Shown here piece by piece: positions 15,571 through 27,679 of a DNA stretch of 64,000 nucleotides (within the stretch, counting starts at the first letter, position 1; every line of letters begins with the position of its first letter). Below the pieces are notes generated by a model, which did not search any database, was not told where the DNA came from, and was given only the letters and a program-made list of their open reading frames with translations. The stretch lies in assembly GCF_006345805.1 (NCBI RefSeq), contig NC_043005.1, forward strand, positions 75,578,001 to 75,642,000. The letters run 5' to 3'. Source of the stretch: Octopus sinensis (lineage: Eukaryota). A program made the translations under genes and the position numbers.

Positions 15571-15771
15571 GAAGGTGCATGGCTCAGTGGTTAGAGCATC
15601 GAGCTTACGTTTGTGAGGTTGTGAGTTCGAATCCCGGACCGGGCTGCGTGTTGTGTTCTTGAGCAAGACACTTTATTTCACGTTGCTCCAGTTCACTCAG
15701 CTGTAGAAATGAGTTGTGACGTCACAGGTGCCAAGCTGTATCGGCCCCTTTGTCTTTCCCTTGGATAACAC
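15571..15771 (+). mobile_element. SINE family C, 3'-truncated
   Basis: A box tggctcagtgg, B box gagttcgaatccc, gttgtgttcttgagcaagacactttatttc. Confidence 0.9.
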
Positions 15772-16099
15772 TATAAAAATAATAACAGGACATAACAACA
15801 GGTGTCTTTCAACTAAGAACGAATTTTCACTGTGTCCCTGTCATTTTTTCTCGCCCATCCTTAATTCTGCTGTCCCTCTATTTCTACTTCTCTCTCTTCT
15901 CTTCCCACATGACCGCCTCAGCCAAGCCTGTTCTTTCTTTCTTGGTCTGACCATTGTCTGTGGAACATCGATATTCTTCCCTGTGTTCATGAAATCCTTG
16001 TATCTCTGCCGTAAGGCTTCATTTCCACACGCGCCAGCTTAAATCAATTAGTCCTTAGTCGAAAGGCACCTGTTATTATGTCCTGTTATTATTTTTTTA
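15772..16099. mobile_element. ~330-bp element with ~46-bp terminal inverted repeats (MITE-like)
   Basis: aaaaataataacaggacataacaacaggtgtctttcaactaagaac vs gtccttagtcgaaaggcacctgttattatgtcctgttattattttt; TA at both ends. Confidence 0.7.
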
Positions 16100-16105
16100 T
16101 GTGTA

Positions 16106-16145
<40 letters not shown>

Positions 16146-16148
<3 letters not shown>

Positions 16149-17094
16149 TCATCATCATCATCATCATCATTTAACGTCCGCTTTCCATGCTAGCATGGGT
16201 TGGACGGTTCAACTGGGGTCTGGGGAGCCCGAAAGCTGCACCAGTCCAGTCAGATCTGGCAGTGTTTCTACAGCTGGATGCCCTTCCTAACGCCAACCAC
16301 TCCGAGAGTGTAGTGGGTGATTTTATGTGCCACCGACACAGGTGCCAGACGAGGCTGGCAAACGGCCACGCTCGGATGGTTTTTTTATGTGCCACCGACA
16401 CAGGTGCCAGACGAGGCTGGCAGACGGCCACGCTCGATGGTGTTTTTATGTGCCACCGACACAGGTGCCAGATGAGGCTGGCAAACGGCCACGATCGGAT
16501 GGTGCTTGCTACGTGCCCACAGCACGGAGGCCAGTCGATGCGGCACTGGCTACGACCACGTTTGGACAGCCCCCTTGTGTGCCACGTGCCACCGGCACTG
16601 GCACCACAAAGATACAATTCCATTGATGTTCATCTATTTTGATTGTTTTGATTTTCACTTGCCTCAACAGGTCTTCACAAGTGTCACAAGAAGGAAGGTA
16701 TGTACAGGTGGACTGACTACGTCCAGGTAGGGGCCATGGGTTATGGCCTGACTAGTCTTGCCGGGTCTTCGGATGGTGTTTTTATGTGCCACCAACACAG
16801 GTGCTAGATGAGGCTGGCGAACGGCCACGATCGGATGGTGTTGTCATGTGCCCACCGCACTGACTACAGACTGATGGATTCTGTGTGCCACAGGCACTGG
16901 TACCACAAGATACAAATTCCATTGATGTTCATCTATTTTGTCTATTTTGATTTGATTTGATTTAATTTTCACTTGCCTCAACCGGTCTTCACAGTGTCAC
17001 AAGAGGAAGGTATGCACAGGTGGACTGACTAGTCTTGCCGGGTCTTCGGAGGTGTTTTTATGTGCCCCGACACAGGTGCCAGATGAGGCTGGCA
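16146..17094 (-). mobile_element. Young, long family D element with ~62-bp tandem array
   Basis: Repeated gtgccaccgacacaggtgccagacgaggctggcaaacggccacgctcggatggtgtttttat; close inverted homolog at 48565-49563. Confidence 0.9.
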
Positions 17095-17309
17095 TATATA
17101 TGTTATATATATGTGTATATATATATGTGTTGCGTGGTGTATATGTGTGTGTGTATATATGTGTTTGTGTATATATATGTGTCTATATATATGTGTATGT
17201 TTGTATATATTTATATATATATATATTTATATATATATATTTATATATATGTGTGCATGTATATATGTGTATGTATATATATATATATTTGTATTTTTAT
17301 ATATGGTAC

Positions 17310-17465
17310 TCTGTAAGGTGGTTGGTGTCAGGAAAGGGCATCCAGTTGTAAAATCCCTGCCAAAACAGACAATCTTCTGCCTGACCAGCTCCATTCAATC
17401 TATCCAACCCATCCCAACATGGAAAACGGGCATTAAATGATGATGACGATGATGATGATGATGAT
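17310..17465 (+). mobile_element. Family D tail fragment
   Basis: ggttggtgtcaggaaagggcatccag...catggaaaacgggcattaaatga(tga)n. Confidence 0.75.
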
Positions 17466-17489
17466 ATATATATATATATATATATATAT

Positions 17490-17650
17490 GATAGGCTTCC
17501 ACAAGTTTCCATTTATGAAGTTCATTCACAAGGTGTTGGATGACCTGGGGTTATATTAGAAAATATTTGCCCAAGCCACCATGCAATGGGTCTGAACCCA
17601 AAACTACACAGTTACTCAATGAATTTCCTAACTACATGGCAATGTCTGCA
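17490..17650 (-). mobile_element. SINE family A, 5' half (degenerate)
   Basis: cattcacaaggtgttgg...tttgcccaag...gggtctgaacccaaaac. Confidence 0.65.
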
Positions 17651-18051
17651 TGAATTTTCATTCTTTTTTTTTTTTTTGCCCCGTTTGTTTCATTTAGATT
17701 TGATGTTAGAAATACACTGAGTTTTATTATTTTGTTTTATTCTGTCATTTTCCATTTTCTGTTTTTGTCTTACCCCCTCTTTCTCTCTTTCTTTCTTTCT
17801 TTCTTTCTTTCTTTTTTCCATCGTTCTGTCTTTCTTTCTTTCTTTCCCTCACACATTAATTAAGTTGAAGAAGCAGGGGGATTTCAGTTCGCAAATAAAA
17901 GTGAATTGCTATCATCTGCTCTACATTTTGACATGCTGACATTTTTATCAATAAAAACAAGTGATATTTATTACTTTATGCATAAAATGTAAATAATATT
18001 TCGAAGAGAGTCCAATTTATGTAAGGGAAGCAATGCAGTTAATTAAATTGA

Positions 18052-18056
<5 letters not shown>

Positions 18057-18109
<53 letters not shown>

Positions 18110-18340
18110 AAGTATGACTTGAATCATCATCATCACATCATCATTATCATCAACTAGCACCACAGCCACTGCTGCCACTACCACCTCTACCACTACCTTT
18201 GCTGCTGCTGCCGCCACTGCTACCGCCACTGCTACCGCCACTGCTACTGCCACTGCTACCACTGCTAATTCTGCTGTCACCACCACAACCACTGCTACCA
18301 TCCCTCCACCCCCCACACCACTACCACTACCAGCATCATT
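18057..18340. repeat. (GA)n followed by a mixed (CAT)/(CTG)/(CCA) low-complexity tract
   Basis: Directly visible simple repeats. Confidence 0.9.
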
Positions 18341-18584
18341 ACGTCCACTTTTTATGCAGGCATTTGTTATATGGATTGTCAGGTCCTGGATCAAGTCCTG
18401 TTGGGTGTTACTGTCCTCCTAAACAGGTCAGAGGACTGTTTTGCTTGTGTTTCAATTTTGACTTGATTTCAAACAGCAAGATGCTCTTTATATCACCAAT
18501 CACTTTACACAGTATACTCTATGCATTTCATCATATTGTCAACACTATAGAGGCTGCAATCTCCTTAACAAGACAAAAGATATC

Positions 18585-18925
18585 CTCTTGACCCCTATGT
18601 TGTCTCCACTCATTTGTCAGCCACTTCACAGGGTGTACAGAGTGCATTTTATCAAGGTACCAGTACTAGGGGTGTTGTCACCTCCTTCACTGGACAATAA
18701 CGATTCTCTTGACCCTCTACATAGTCTCCACACATTTGTCAATCACTTAACACTTCACAGAGTGTACAGTGTGTATATTATCAAGGTACCATCACTAGGA
18801 GGTGTTTGTCACCTCTTTACAGGATAATAAGGATTCTCTTGACCCCACATTTGCCAGCCACTTTACACTTTACTGTGTGCACTGGGTGCATTTTCTCATG
18901 GTAACAACACTAGAAGAGTTGTCTT
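18585..18925. repeat. Three diverged ~110-125-bp tandem units
   Basis: Each begins tcttgaccc and contains catttg...ca..cactt...ggtacca..actag. Confidence 0.75.
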
Positions 18926-21104
18926 GTCTCATAAAAGCTGAAGAATTTTTAGTACTATAAAGCATTTCAACTAGCTCTAATGCTTCTGCTAACTGTCATT
19001 ATCTATGAAATATAAAACAATAAAATTCTTTAGTATGAAAGAAAAATATTGGTTTATTCTCTTCACATAGAGTCTAGATAAATTGTGAATTAGGAATGGA
19101 AATAAAGCGGTGCTACTGTAAAATGTCATTAGCTTTCAGCTCTGTTTCCTGAGAAGTTACAAAGTTAATTTGGCTAGACACATAATTAGTTTTTGTGTGA
19201 GAGAAACAACTTCTATTACTCACACAGTTGACTTTCTCTAATCCATCTCTGTTGGGATCTGTGGATTGTCATGTTTGTGAATTTTCTGGATCATCAATGA
19301 TTAGGTAGGTATATTCAGTTTACACATGCAGCTAATAACCTTATCTAACCTTTAAAACACCTCGTAAATCAGTACAGGATATTTAATAAAGAGAAAAGAA
19401 GTATTAACTGAAAAGTGATTGAAATTTAAATAAAGAACAAGTAAAATAATGGATACAGGTATAAAAAAAAATACAGGTAAAATAAAGAGTACAAGTATAG
19501 AAATTCTGTTGATTTATGTAAGATATGTAAGATAGTTCACCACTGATAACACTTGCAAAATGAAGAGCTGGAATTTAACACTAAGCAGAGATACATATGA
19601 GGAAGTAAAAACTCAGAATGCTCATTTTCATCCTGAAAGATGGCCAAAACACTAGTAACTGGTAATGAAATTGGTACAATATCTTTTTCAGGAATTATTG
19701 ATGACAGTAGCATCATATCTGGGTGAGAAGGAGATGATGTATTGGATTTTCAAGTGACAACTCTTCACAGATATCACAAATGTTACCTAATTTTTTTTAA
19801 ACATATCTTTCAAGCTAGGCTGTTTCATATATCTCAGTCGTTCTTTGATTAGTTTGTCCTGCAGCATGTAAACATTCATTATTTCTTGTTCAGTTACAAA
19901 ATTGTATTGCTCAAGACCTTTTAGCACTTCACCTGTCAATTGAATTAACTTGGCAATAGAAATTCTTCTTGCTACATCTTTCTCATTTTCATCATAGCTT
20001 TCTTCATCATTTTGTTCTTTACAACCATCTGCACAATTCTTAAGACTATATTGAGTAATGATGAACATTAACTACAGCTGCAGATATATTCATTCCATGA
20101 CATTATCTTCATTCAATCTTGATGCAAAATCTTTAGCTCTAGGATTATATGAGCAAAAGATAGCAGTATATGTACAATCTCCCTTCCCTTTGATACCCTA
20201 AATTCTATAAAGTCATATGCAGTATCTTCACCAGGTGCAGACGCAAACATTAAACTCAGCCACAATTTACGCCATCCAATTTTTTTTATTTATTGATGCT
20301 TCTACAAACTTCTAAGCATCGGCAACACAGTAAATCATAAACCTCGTATTAAAACCCTTAATAAACTCCTTCACTGGTCTACCAGAGTTAGCTGCACTCA
20401 GTAGGTACCTCATAAACAAAGAGTGCTGTCATCATCATCATCATTGTCATTTTCATCATCACCACCACCACCATCATCATCCCCATCATCATCATCATCT
20501 TCATCATCATCATTGTCGTCATTGTTTTAAAGTCCATTTTTCAATGCTTGCATGAGGAGTCAGACAGTTGTACTGAGACAGATTTTCTACAGCCAGATGC
20601 CCTTCCTCTTATTATTCAGGAGCCAAATTAATGATGTACAACATGAGTTAAGAGGTAAATTGTTACCATTATCTATGATCAGAAGTTCTGCTTTTAGATG
20701 TGTAGTGCAGCCATTTAAAATTAGCATTAACTTAGAGTTGTGGTCTGTTCCAAGGAAATCATAGTGATCTCTTGCTTCAAGAATAAAATGTCTTTCAAAC
20801 CATTCCAATGTCATGTTATCTGCATCTCAACCTTCTTGTTGGCACAATAAATCACTAGAAACTGTGCCACACCTTTGAAGGTCATAGCTTGTGATCATTT
20901 GCCAATGATCAGCAGCTTAAATTTATGGGTTCCCCACTATATAGAGCAACCTAACACAGTAACATGATTTTGCAGTACTTTATAAGTTGTTGGTGGTTGC
21001 ACCTCCTCAGTTGTTATGGTTCTTCTTGAAGAACATTCCAATACAAGACACTATGATGAACATTGTAAATTTGCTCTAGATTTAATATTTCATAAGAAAC
21101 TAAG

Positions 21105-21361
21105 GTGGTGAACTAGAAGAATCATTAGCATGCTGGGCAAAATGCTTAGTGGTATTTCGTCTGTCTTTGTAATCTGGGTTCACATGCTGCTGGGGTTGAC
21201 TTTGCCTTTCATTCTTTCGGGGGTCAATGAAAAAGTACTAGTTGAGCACTGGGGCCGATTTAATTGACTTAGCCTTTCCCCCAATTTAATTGACTTAGCC
21301 TTTCCTAGCCTTTCCCCTGATTTAAGTGACTTATCCTTTCCTAGTGCCAAAATTTGAAACC
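21105..21361 (+). mobile_element. SINE family B with 21-bp TSD, inserted in the Tigger ORF
   Basis: TSD aatatttcat(a/g)agaaactaag at 21084-21104 and 21362-21382; body gactttgcctttcattctttcggggg. Confidence 0.9.
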
Positions 21362-21933
21362 AATATTTCATGAGAAACTAAGTAGATGAACTTGTCAAAA
21401 ATTGCAATAGCTGCTTCTTTGTTCTTAGAGAGTTTTTCACCAGAAACTGCATGATTCTTAAAGCCATGTCTCTGAAACAATGAAATCATCTTTCACTACC
21501 ATCATATTCACAATCTAGTTCTGAGTTCATCACAAAAAATTTCAGTCTTTTCTATTACCAGACATCTCAGCAGGATAATGGGTTGCCATTGGTTGGCTTT
21601 TATATCTAACCAATGACTATTATACTCAGAAACTGGGATGTGTCCTGTTACTTGTATCATTCAGGAACATCAGCTCAAACTGTTTGGCCATTTTGCTCAG
21701 TTTTCTGAATAGGATCCAGGACATCATGTTTGTTTCTCTGAGGATCTGGCTGGGGTGATGGCCTGTGTTGGTCAGTCATTAGCTACATGGTCTGTGTGGA
21801 TGAAGAAGTATCTTGTAGAGACGGGGTCTCAGATAGGGACCCTGGTTGGAGAGTTGCCTGGGATGACCCTAGCAAATACTGACAAATGGTGGATAGCTCC
21901 CCAGATAACCCAGCACTTTCATTTACATGGAGT

Positions 21934-22147
21934 TTATTCCTTTTGTTACCAAATTTCAGTTGAAGTAGACAATTTTTACTTCAATTAATTTTGAAAATAA
22001 TGAATTTTGTAAAATAACTTGTCACCAATTAAGCTGGTGTTTGGTCATATAATTTTGGTAGAAAGTTTTAATTTAAACACTTTAAAGCAAGTATTTGTAT
22101 CATAGAGCCAAGTGCTGTCTCAGGCAGATTTATATCAAAAGGATTAA
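21934..22147. mobile_element. piggyBac-type MITE (degenerate)
   Basis: ccttttgttacc ... tatcaaaaggattaa TIRs; same family as 62950-63385. Confidence 0.6.
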
Positions 22148-22624
22148 ACTACACGTGTTGTCCAGTTCTAAACCTTTCTTGGTTTGAATTGTTTCCTTAA
22201 ACACATCTTTTTCTTTGAATCACTGTCAGCAAAGAACTGGTGAATTTTTTCTGTCTTTTTTCCTTTTTGTGACATACTGCCAAAGAACTAATATTGTATC
22301 ATTCAAACAAGATTCTCACAGACACACTGCTGTTGAGATTTTTCTGAAGTTCAGCTTTATCTGCTTTGAATAATACAATGTACAGAGTTAACACTTTACA
22401 CCATGAGAAATTCTTTCTTTATATAGTAGAATCACAACTTATATACGAAAGCAGACAATAATAATAAATACAGAAAACAGAACAAGGGTGTGGTGCCAGT
22501 GTTCTCAAGTTCATACCAAAAGTTTGAGCCACAGTTAAAAGCACTGAAACTGTAGTGATATGTTTGTGCTGAGCTGGAAATTATGTCCACCATTAATGAC
22601 GGAACTGGGTTAATAGTAGTAGCA

Positions 22625-22738
22625 TGGACATGGCTGTGTGGTAAGAAGTTTGTTTCCGAATTACATGGTTCTGAGTTCAGTTCTCATGCATAGAACAATG
22701 TTTTATAAGTGGATTTGGTAGACAGAAAGAAGCCTGTT

Positions 22739-22740
<2 letters not shown>
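22625..22740 (+). mobile_element. SINE family A, 5' half (3' half resumes at 23610-23810)
   Basis: tggctgtgtggtaagaagttt...gagttcag...gtggatttggtagacagaaagaagcc. Confidence 0.75.
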
Positions 22741-22781
<41 letters not shown>

Positions 22782-22857
22782 CATACATATGTATTTGCTG
22801 CAGTTTCAGCTCATAGCTGCAGCCATGCTGATGCACTACCGTTTTGCTACACTGATA

Positions 22858-23363
22858 TTATTGAGAGCCTCTTCCAATATGTGGCACTTGGTGAAGAATG
22901 GAGTTTGATGTAACTACCCTCATTTGCACCTCTTGCTGTGAAGTAGGTTCATCTGGGACTCTTGACAGAAAGACGTCCAGCTTCGATTTAAAAACGCCTG
23001 CATCTACTTTGTGCAGGTTCCTCAAACTCTTTGGGAAAATATTAAAAAGGTGTGGGCCCCTGAAACCCAGGCTGTTGCAGTAGCTGGTCCTGAAGCATGA
23101 TGGCATTGCTGGGATCATTGGCACTATGCAGTGTTGTCCTGTTCTGGCATTGGTGTAACTTTCAATGCCAAAATTTGGCACAGTTCCTTCCAGGATCTTC
23201 CAGATGTATATTACTGCATACCTCTCCCATTTTCTTTCCAGGAAGTAGTCTTAGCAGTTTCAGCCTTTCCCAGTAGCTGAGCAGTTGCAAAGAGATGATC
23301 TTCTTTGTGAATCTTCTCTGGATTGCTTCAAGGTCTGCTGTTAATTTCACACTGGTGGGGGAC
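22858..23363 (-). pseudogene. CR1-group LINE ORF2 C-terminal fragment
   Basis: WSPTSVKLTADLEAIQRRFTKKIISLQLLSYWERLKLL, a frameshift, then ...VPNFG...GPHLFNIFPKSLRN..FKSKLDVFLSRVPDEP. Confidence 0.8.
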
Positions 23364-23379
23364 CATATATACATATATT

Positions 23380-23605
23380 TCAAAATGTAACCACCTGTGA
23401 ATCGTTGGTGATTTTTTTTTTTTCCTCCATCTTCCTTTTCTATTGGACTCTCCTCTGTCTCCTCTTTCTGAAGAAGAGCTTTACTCGAAAAATAAAACAA
23501 ACTTTCCTTCCTTCCCTGAGGATCTGCTAAAACTTTACTTGTACCATGTCCCCTCGTTGTTGTTTTTTTGTGTTTGCTCTTCATTTTTTTTTATGGGGAT
23601 TTACT
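23380..23605 (+). mobile_element. Penelope-like terminal-repeat fragment with a degenerate hammerhead motif (23465-23497)
   Basis: ttt CTGAAGA a gag cttta ctc GAAA aa TA aaa; similar context to the 6071-6228 fragment (downstream cctgag, T-rich tail). Confidence 0.5.
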
Positions 23606-23609
23606 ATAT

Positions 23610-23810
23610 ATGTCTGTGTGTGTCTGTGTTTGTCCCCTACCACTACTTGACAACCAGTGTTGGTGTATTTATGCCCCCGTAACTCAGCAGTTTAGCAAAA
23701 GACACCAATAAAATAAGTACAAGGCTTAAAATAAGTACTGGGGTTGATACATTTGGCTAAAATTCTTCAAGGTGATGACCCAGCATGGCCACAGTCTAAT
23801 GAATAAAAAA
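23610..23810 (+). mobile_element. SINE family A, 3' half
   Basis: tgtgtttgtcccc..cttgacaaccagtgttggtgt..ccagcatggccacagtc. Confidence 0.8.
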
Positions 23811-24239
23811 TAAATTCTAAAAAATAAAAAGTACTATACAAATAGGAATCTTTTTTTTATTTGTATTGCTTTAAATATTATAAACAGATCTCATGATGTA
23901 TAATAACTGTCTTAAGTTATAGTTCTAGCAGAGACTGTTTACAGGGAGCAAGATATTCTACGATAGCAGAATATAACAAAATTCCATATTGTGGATTGTA
24001 ATTTAGTAAATGAATAAGCTAAACAATTTTGTAAGTGATGACATGTAAGGAAAGTTATACTTTCCATCACACTGCAATAAGTCGCAGTTTTTTTTATTTA
24101 TATAAACATAGTCTGTGTGAGTGTGTGTATATATATATATATGTATAGTAGTAACAGAAAAGAGGAATTTCGGTTGTCCCCAAGTGGTGGATTGTAATGA
24201 ATATAAGAAATTAAAAAATTATATAAGAAATTAAAAAAT

Positions 24240-24258
24240 ATATGCATATATATATATG

Positions 24259-24301
<43 letters not shown>

Positions 24302-24550
24302 AACATATATATATATATGTATATACATATATATATAATGTATATACATATTATATGTATATATATATATGTATATACATATATATATGTATATATATAT
24401 ATGTATGTACATATATATGTGTATAATATATATATATATGTGTATGTATGTGTGTGTGTATATATATATACGTATATATATATATGTATTATATATATAT
24501 ATGTATGTGTGTGTGTATATATATATGCACGTATATATATATATATATAT
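24240..24550. repeat. (TA/TG)n microsatellite
   Basis: Directly visible. Confidence 0.95.
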
Positions 24551-24654
24551 GAAGTATAAGGAAAGGAAAAAAATTGTAGGTGTAGATGTACTTTAATTCA
24601 TAATCCAAGCTGGGTACCAACTTGGATTATGAATTAACATATGTATATATGTTC

Positions 24655-25015
24655 CTTTCTTTTATTTGTTTCAATTATTTGACTGTGGCCATGCTGGAGC
24701 ACTGCCTTTAGTTGAACAAATCTACCCCAGGACTAGTACTTATTCCATTGGTCTCTTTTGCCGAACAACTAAATTACGGGGATGTAAGCACACAGACATC
24801 TTTTGCAAAGCGATGGTGTTGGGAACAAACAGACACACACACACACATACAGTGAACTTCTTTCAGTTTCCATCTATCAATCCACTCTCATAGCTTTGGT
24901 TGGCCTGAGGCTATAGTAGAAGACACTTGCCCAAAGTGCCACGCAGTGGGACTGATGCTTCTTACCGCATAGCTATGCTTGCACCTATCTTACCCCACAG
25001 CCACGCCTGTGCCTA
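24655..25015 (-). mobile_element. SINE family A, near full length
   Basis: Reverse complement of the 56560 copy. Confidence 0.85.
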
Positions 25016-25266
25016 TATATAAATATTTTATATCCTGGTGTTGGATAAATAATTTAACGAAGCAAGGGGTAAAAAGTATTTACACGATGCACTACTGTTA
25101 CTGTTACATGATATTAAATGGTCTCTGCCAACGGCTCACAGTGAACTGTTTACCCTGAACTACTGATAGTTCTTTATTTTATAACAATGTGTCAGTTGAC
25201 TTTAATCATATGAGGGTGGTCAGAATCCCTTGACAACAATATATATATATGTACATACAAAACATA

Positions 25267-25335
<69 letters not shown>

Positions 25336-25948
25336 TTACATACATATATATATATATATATATGTTATATGTATACATACATATATATATATATATATGT
25401 ATGTATATATGTATACATACATACATATATATATATATTCAGGATAGCAAAATCCTATGAAAGTACTGGTTAGTTATCTATACAAAGAATATTGAAAATT
25501 ACAGTTAATACTCAACTGCAAATTAACTATATAAACCGTGGTTCATATATATTTATTTATTATAATAAGATAAGAAAATTGAGAGGTAATTAATAAATTC
25601 TTATTTATTAATTACCTCTGTATTTTCTTGTCATCTAGTGTTTTAAACCTGGGTTTTGTCCCTGTTAACGAGGGTGGCTGGATTTACCTCAATGCCATAG
25701 CAACTGAAGCAGGCAGGTGCACCTTTGCTCTGGCTGGTGCCCATTTTCCCTTGCAATCATGAGGCTTTTTGGAGCTTGATTTTCTATGGAGAGAATGCCC
25801 TTGCTTACCCCAACCTCAGTTTCTAGATATGAGTGGTCCTGCGACCAGGGTCTCTACCACGATTTTTAAGAAATGTGGTGGAAAACTAGCTCAGGGACCT
25901 GAGGTCTCCCTGAGACCCCTTTCAGAGCCCCCTACCTAAATACCTATA

Positions 25949-25983
<35 letters not shown>

Positions 25984-26244
25984 GTGTGTGTGTGTAATAT
26001 ATATGTATGTGTGTGTGTGTATCTATATATATTTATATGTACATTTATATAAACTACTACTACTACTACTACTACTGTAAAAATGTTTACATAATGGTTT
26101 TACTTATAAGTTCATACAATAAGTAGCCACTACTTCCTCAACTATAGAAATTTAAATAAACATGAAGGATGGAAGAAAAATATACAATTATGATTACTTG
26201 TTTGTACTTTATAGAACATCTTGATATGTATTTTTACTGAAACT

Positions 26245-26622
26245 GTGTGGCTGTGTGGTAAGAAAATTGCTTCCCAATCACATGGTTCCTGATCCATTTC
26301 CACTGCATGGCATCTTGGGCAAGCGTCTTCTACTGAAGCCTCAGGCTAACCAAAGCCTTGTGAATGGACTTGGAGGACGGAAGCTGAAACAAGCCCGTCA
26401 TATATATGTATATGTATATGTGTGTGTATTTGTCCCCCCCCCCCAACATCGCTTGACAACCGATGCTGGTGTGTTTACATCCCTGTACCTTAGCGGTTTG
26501 GCGAAAGAGACTGATAGAATAAGTACTAGGCTTATAAAGAATAAGTTCTGGGGGCGATTTGCTCGACTAAAGACAGTGCTCCAGCATGGCCGCAATCAAA
26601 TGACTGAAACAAGTAAAAGAGT
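26245..26622 (+). mobile_element. SINE family A, full length
   Basis: Head, internal TA/TG tract, 3' half ending gaaacaagtaaaagag. Confidence 0.9.
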
Positions 26623-26974
26623 TATCTTCATAAAAAGTTCATATACTTCGCGAATATTCTTTCCTTCCTTCCTTTCTTCCTTCCTTCCTTTCTTCCTTCC
26701 TTCCTTTCTTTCTGTCTTTCCCTTCCTGCAAATGCGAACATATGTATGTATGTATGTTTAAATATCATATTTGTTATTTTTCTCACTGTCACTGATGCTA
26801 TTCCTGTTGACAAAGTTTCAACATCTGTTTTTCTGTGCTAGAATAAATTGAGACTTGTTAGAGACTCGACCAGCTTAGTCCCACACCATTTCTTCTGTGA
26901 GTCATAACATCCTGAGAACTGATACCCTCGTTTCCTTCCCGGTTTTATTGAGTGATTCATCATCTTCATCAGCA

Positions 26975-27120
26975 TGATTGCCACAACATCCACCATTGCA
27001 GGGCAATGTGAGATGAAGTGTTTTGCTTAAGAATGCAACACACCATTTGGGCTAGGAATTGAAACCATGATCTTACCGTTGTTATTACAACTCCATAACC
27101 ACTAGGCCATATACCCTCAC
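26975..27120 (-). mobile_element. SINE family C head (degenerate)
   Basis: gaagtgttttgcttaagaatgcaacac...ggaattgaaacc...taaccactaggcca. Confidence 0.6.
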
Positions 27121-27134
27121 ATACAAATACATAT

Positions 27135-27485
27135 AGGCACAGGAGTGGCTGTGTGGTAAGTAGCTTGGTTACCAACCACATGGTACCTTGGGTAAGTGTC
27201 TTCTGATGTAACCTCAGGCCAACCAAAGCCCTGTAAGCGGATTTGGTAGATGGAAACTCTTTTCATATATGTATATATTTGTGTGTCTGTGTTTCATCTC
27301 ACCAACACTTGACAACCAATGTTGGTTTGTCTATGTCCCTGTAACTTAGCAGTTTGGCGAAAGAGACCAATACAATAAGTACTAGGCTTACAAAGAATAA
27401 GTTCTGGGGTCGATTTGTTCGACTAAAGGCGATGCTACAGCATGGCCACAATCAAATGACTGAAACAAATAAAAGAGTAAAGAGT
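27135..27485 (+). mobile_element. SINE family A
   Basis: ggcacaggagtggctgtgtggtaag...gaaacaaataaaagagtaaagag. Confidence 0.9.
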
Positions 27486-27679
27486 ATACATACATCATGG
27501 ACATTTTTCAATCTGTCCCCCAAATTCATTCTGAAGACTTTGGTCAGCCCAGGGCTACAGTAGACAACACATGCCCAAGGTGCCATATTGTGAGATTGAA
27601 GCTGCTTCTACTGATAATAACCATCAATCTTTGTTCAGTCGTATCACATACCCATAACTGTGCAGTATCTATTCTACAT

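Larger units (their letters stand above)
19790..22410 (-). pseudogene. Decayed Tigger/pogo-family transposase (CENP-B-type HTH plus DDE_1), split by later insertions
   Basis: Minus-strand peptides in order: KAELQKNLNSSVSVRILFE..EKIHQFFADSDSKK (~22200-22370), FQRHGFKNHAVSGEKLS (~21430-21480), EQIYNV..LYW..VTVLGCS..GTHKFKLLIIGK..FKGV..VIYCANKK (~20830-21080), LEWFERHFI..KLMLILNGCTTH..CTSLI (20620-20810), and a C-terminal helix at 19787-20000. Stops and frameshifts throughout. Confidence 0.85.

Noticed and set aside
16330-16500. cagatgaggctggc(a/g)aac in the 62-bp family D unit resembling a hammerhead core; array also CRISPR-like
   Set aside because: The core is CAGAUGA and GAAC with no UH site or helix III, and the units are contiguous without spacers.
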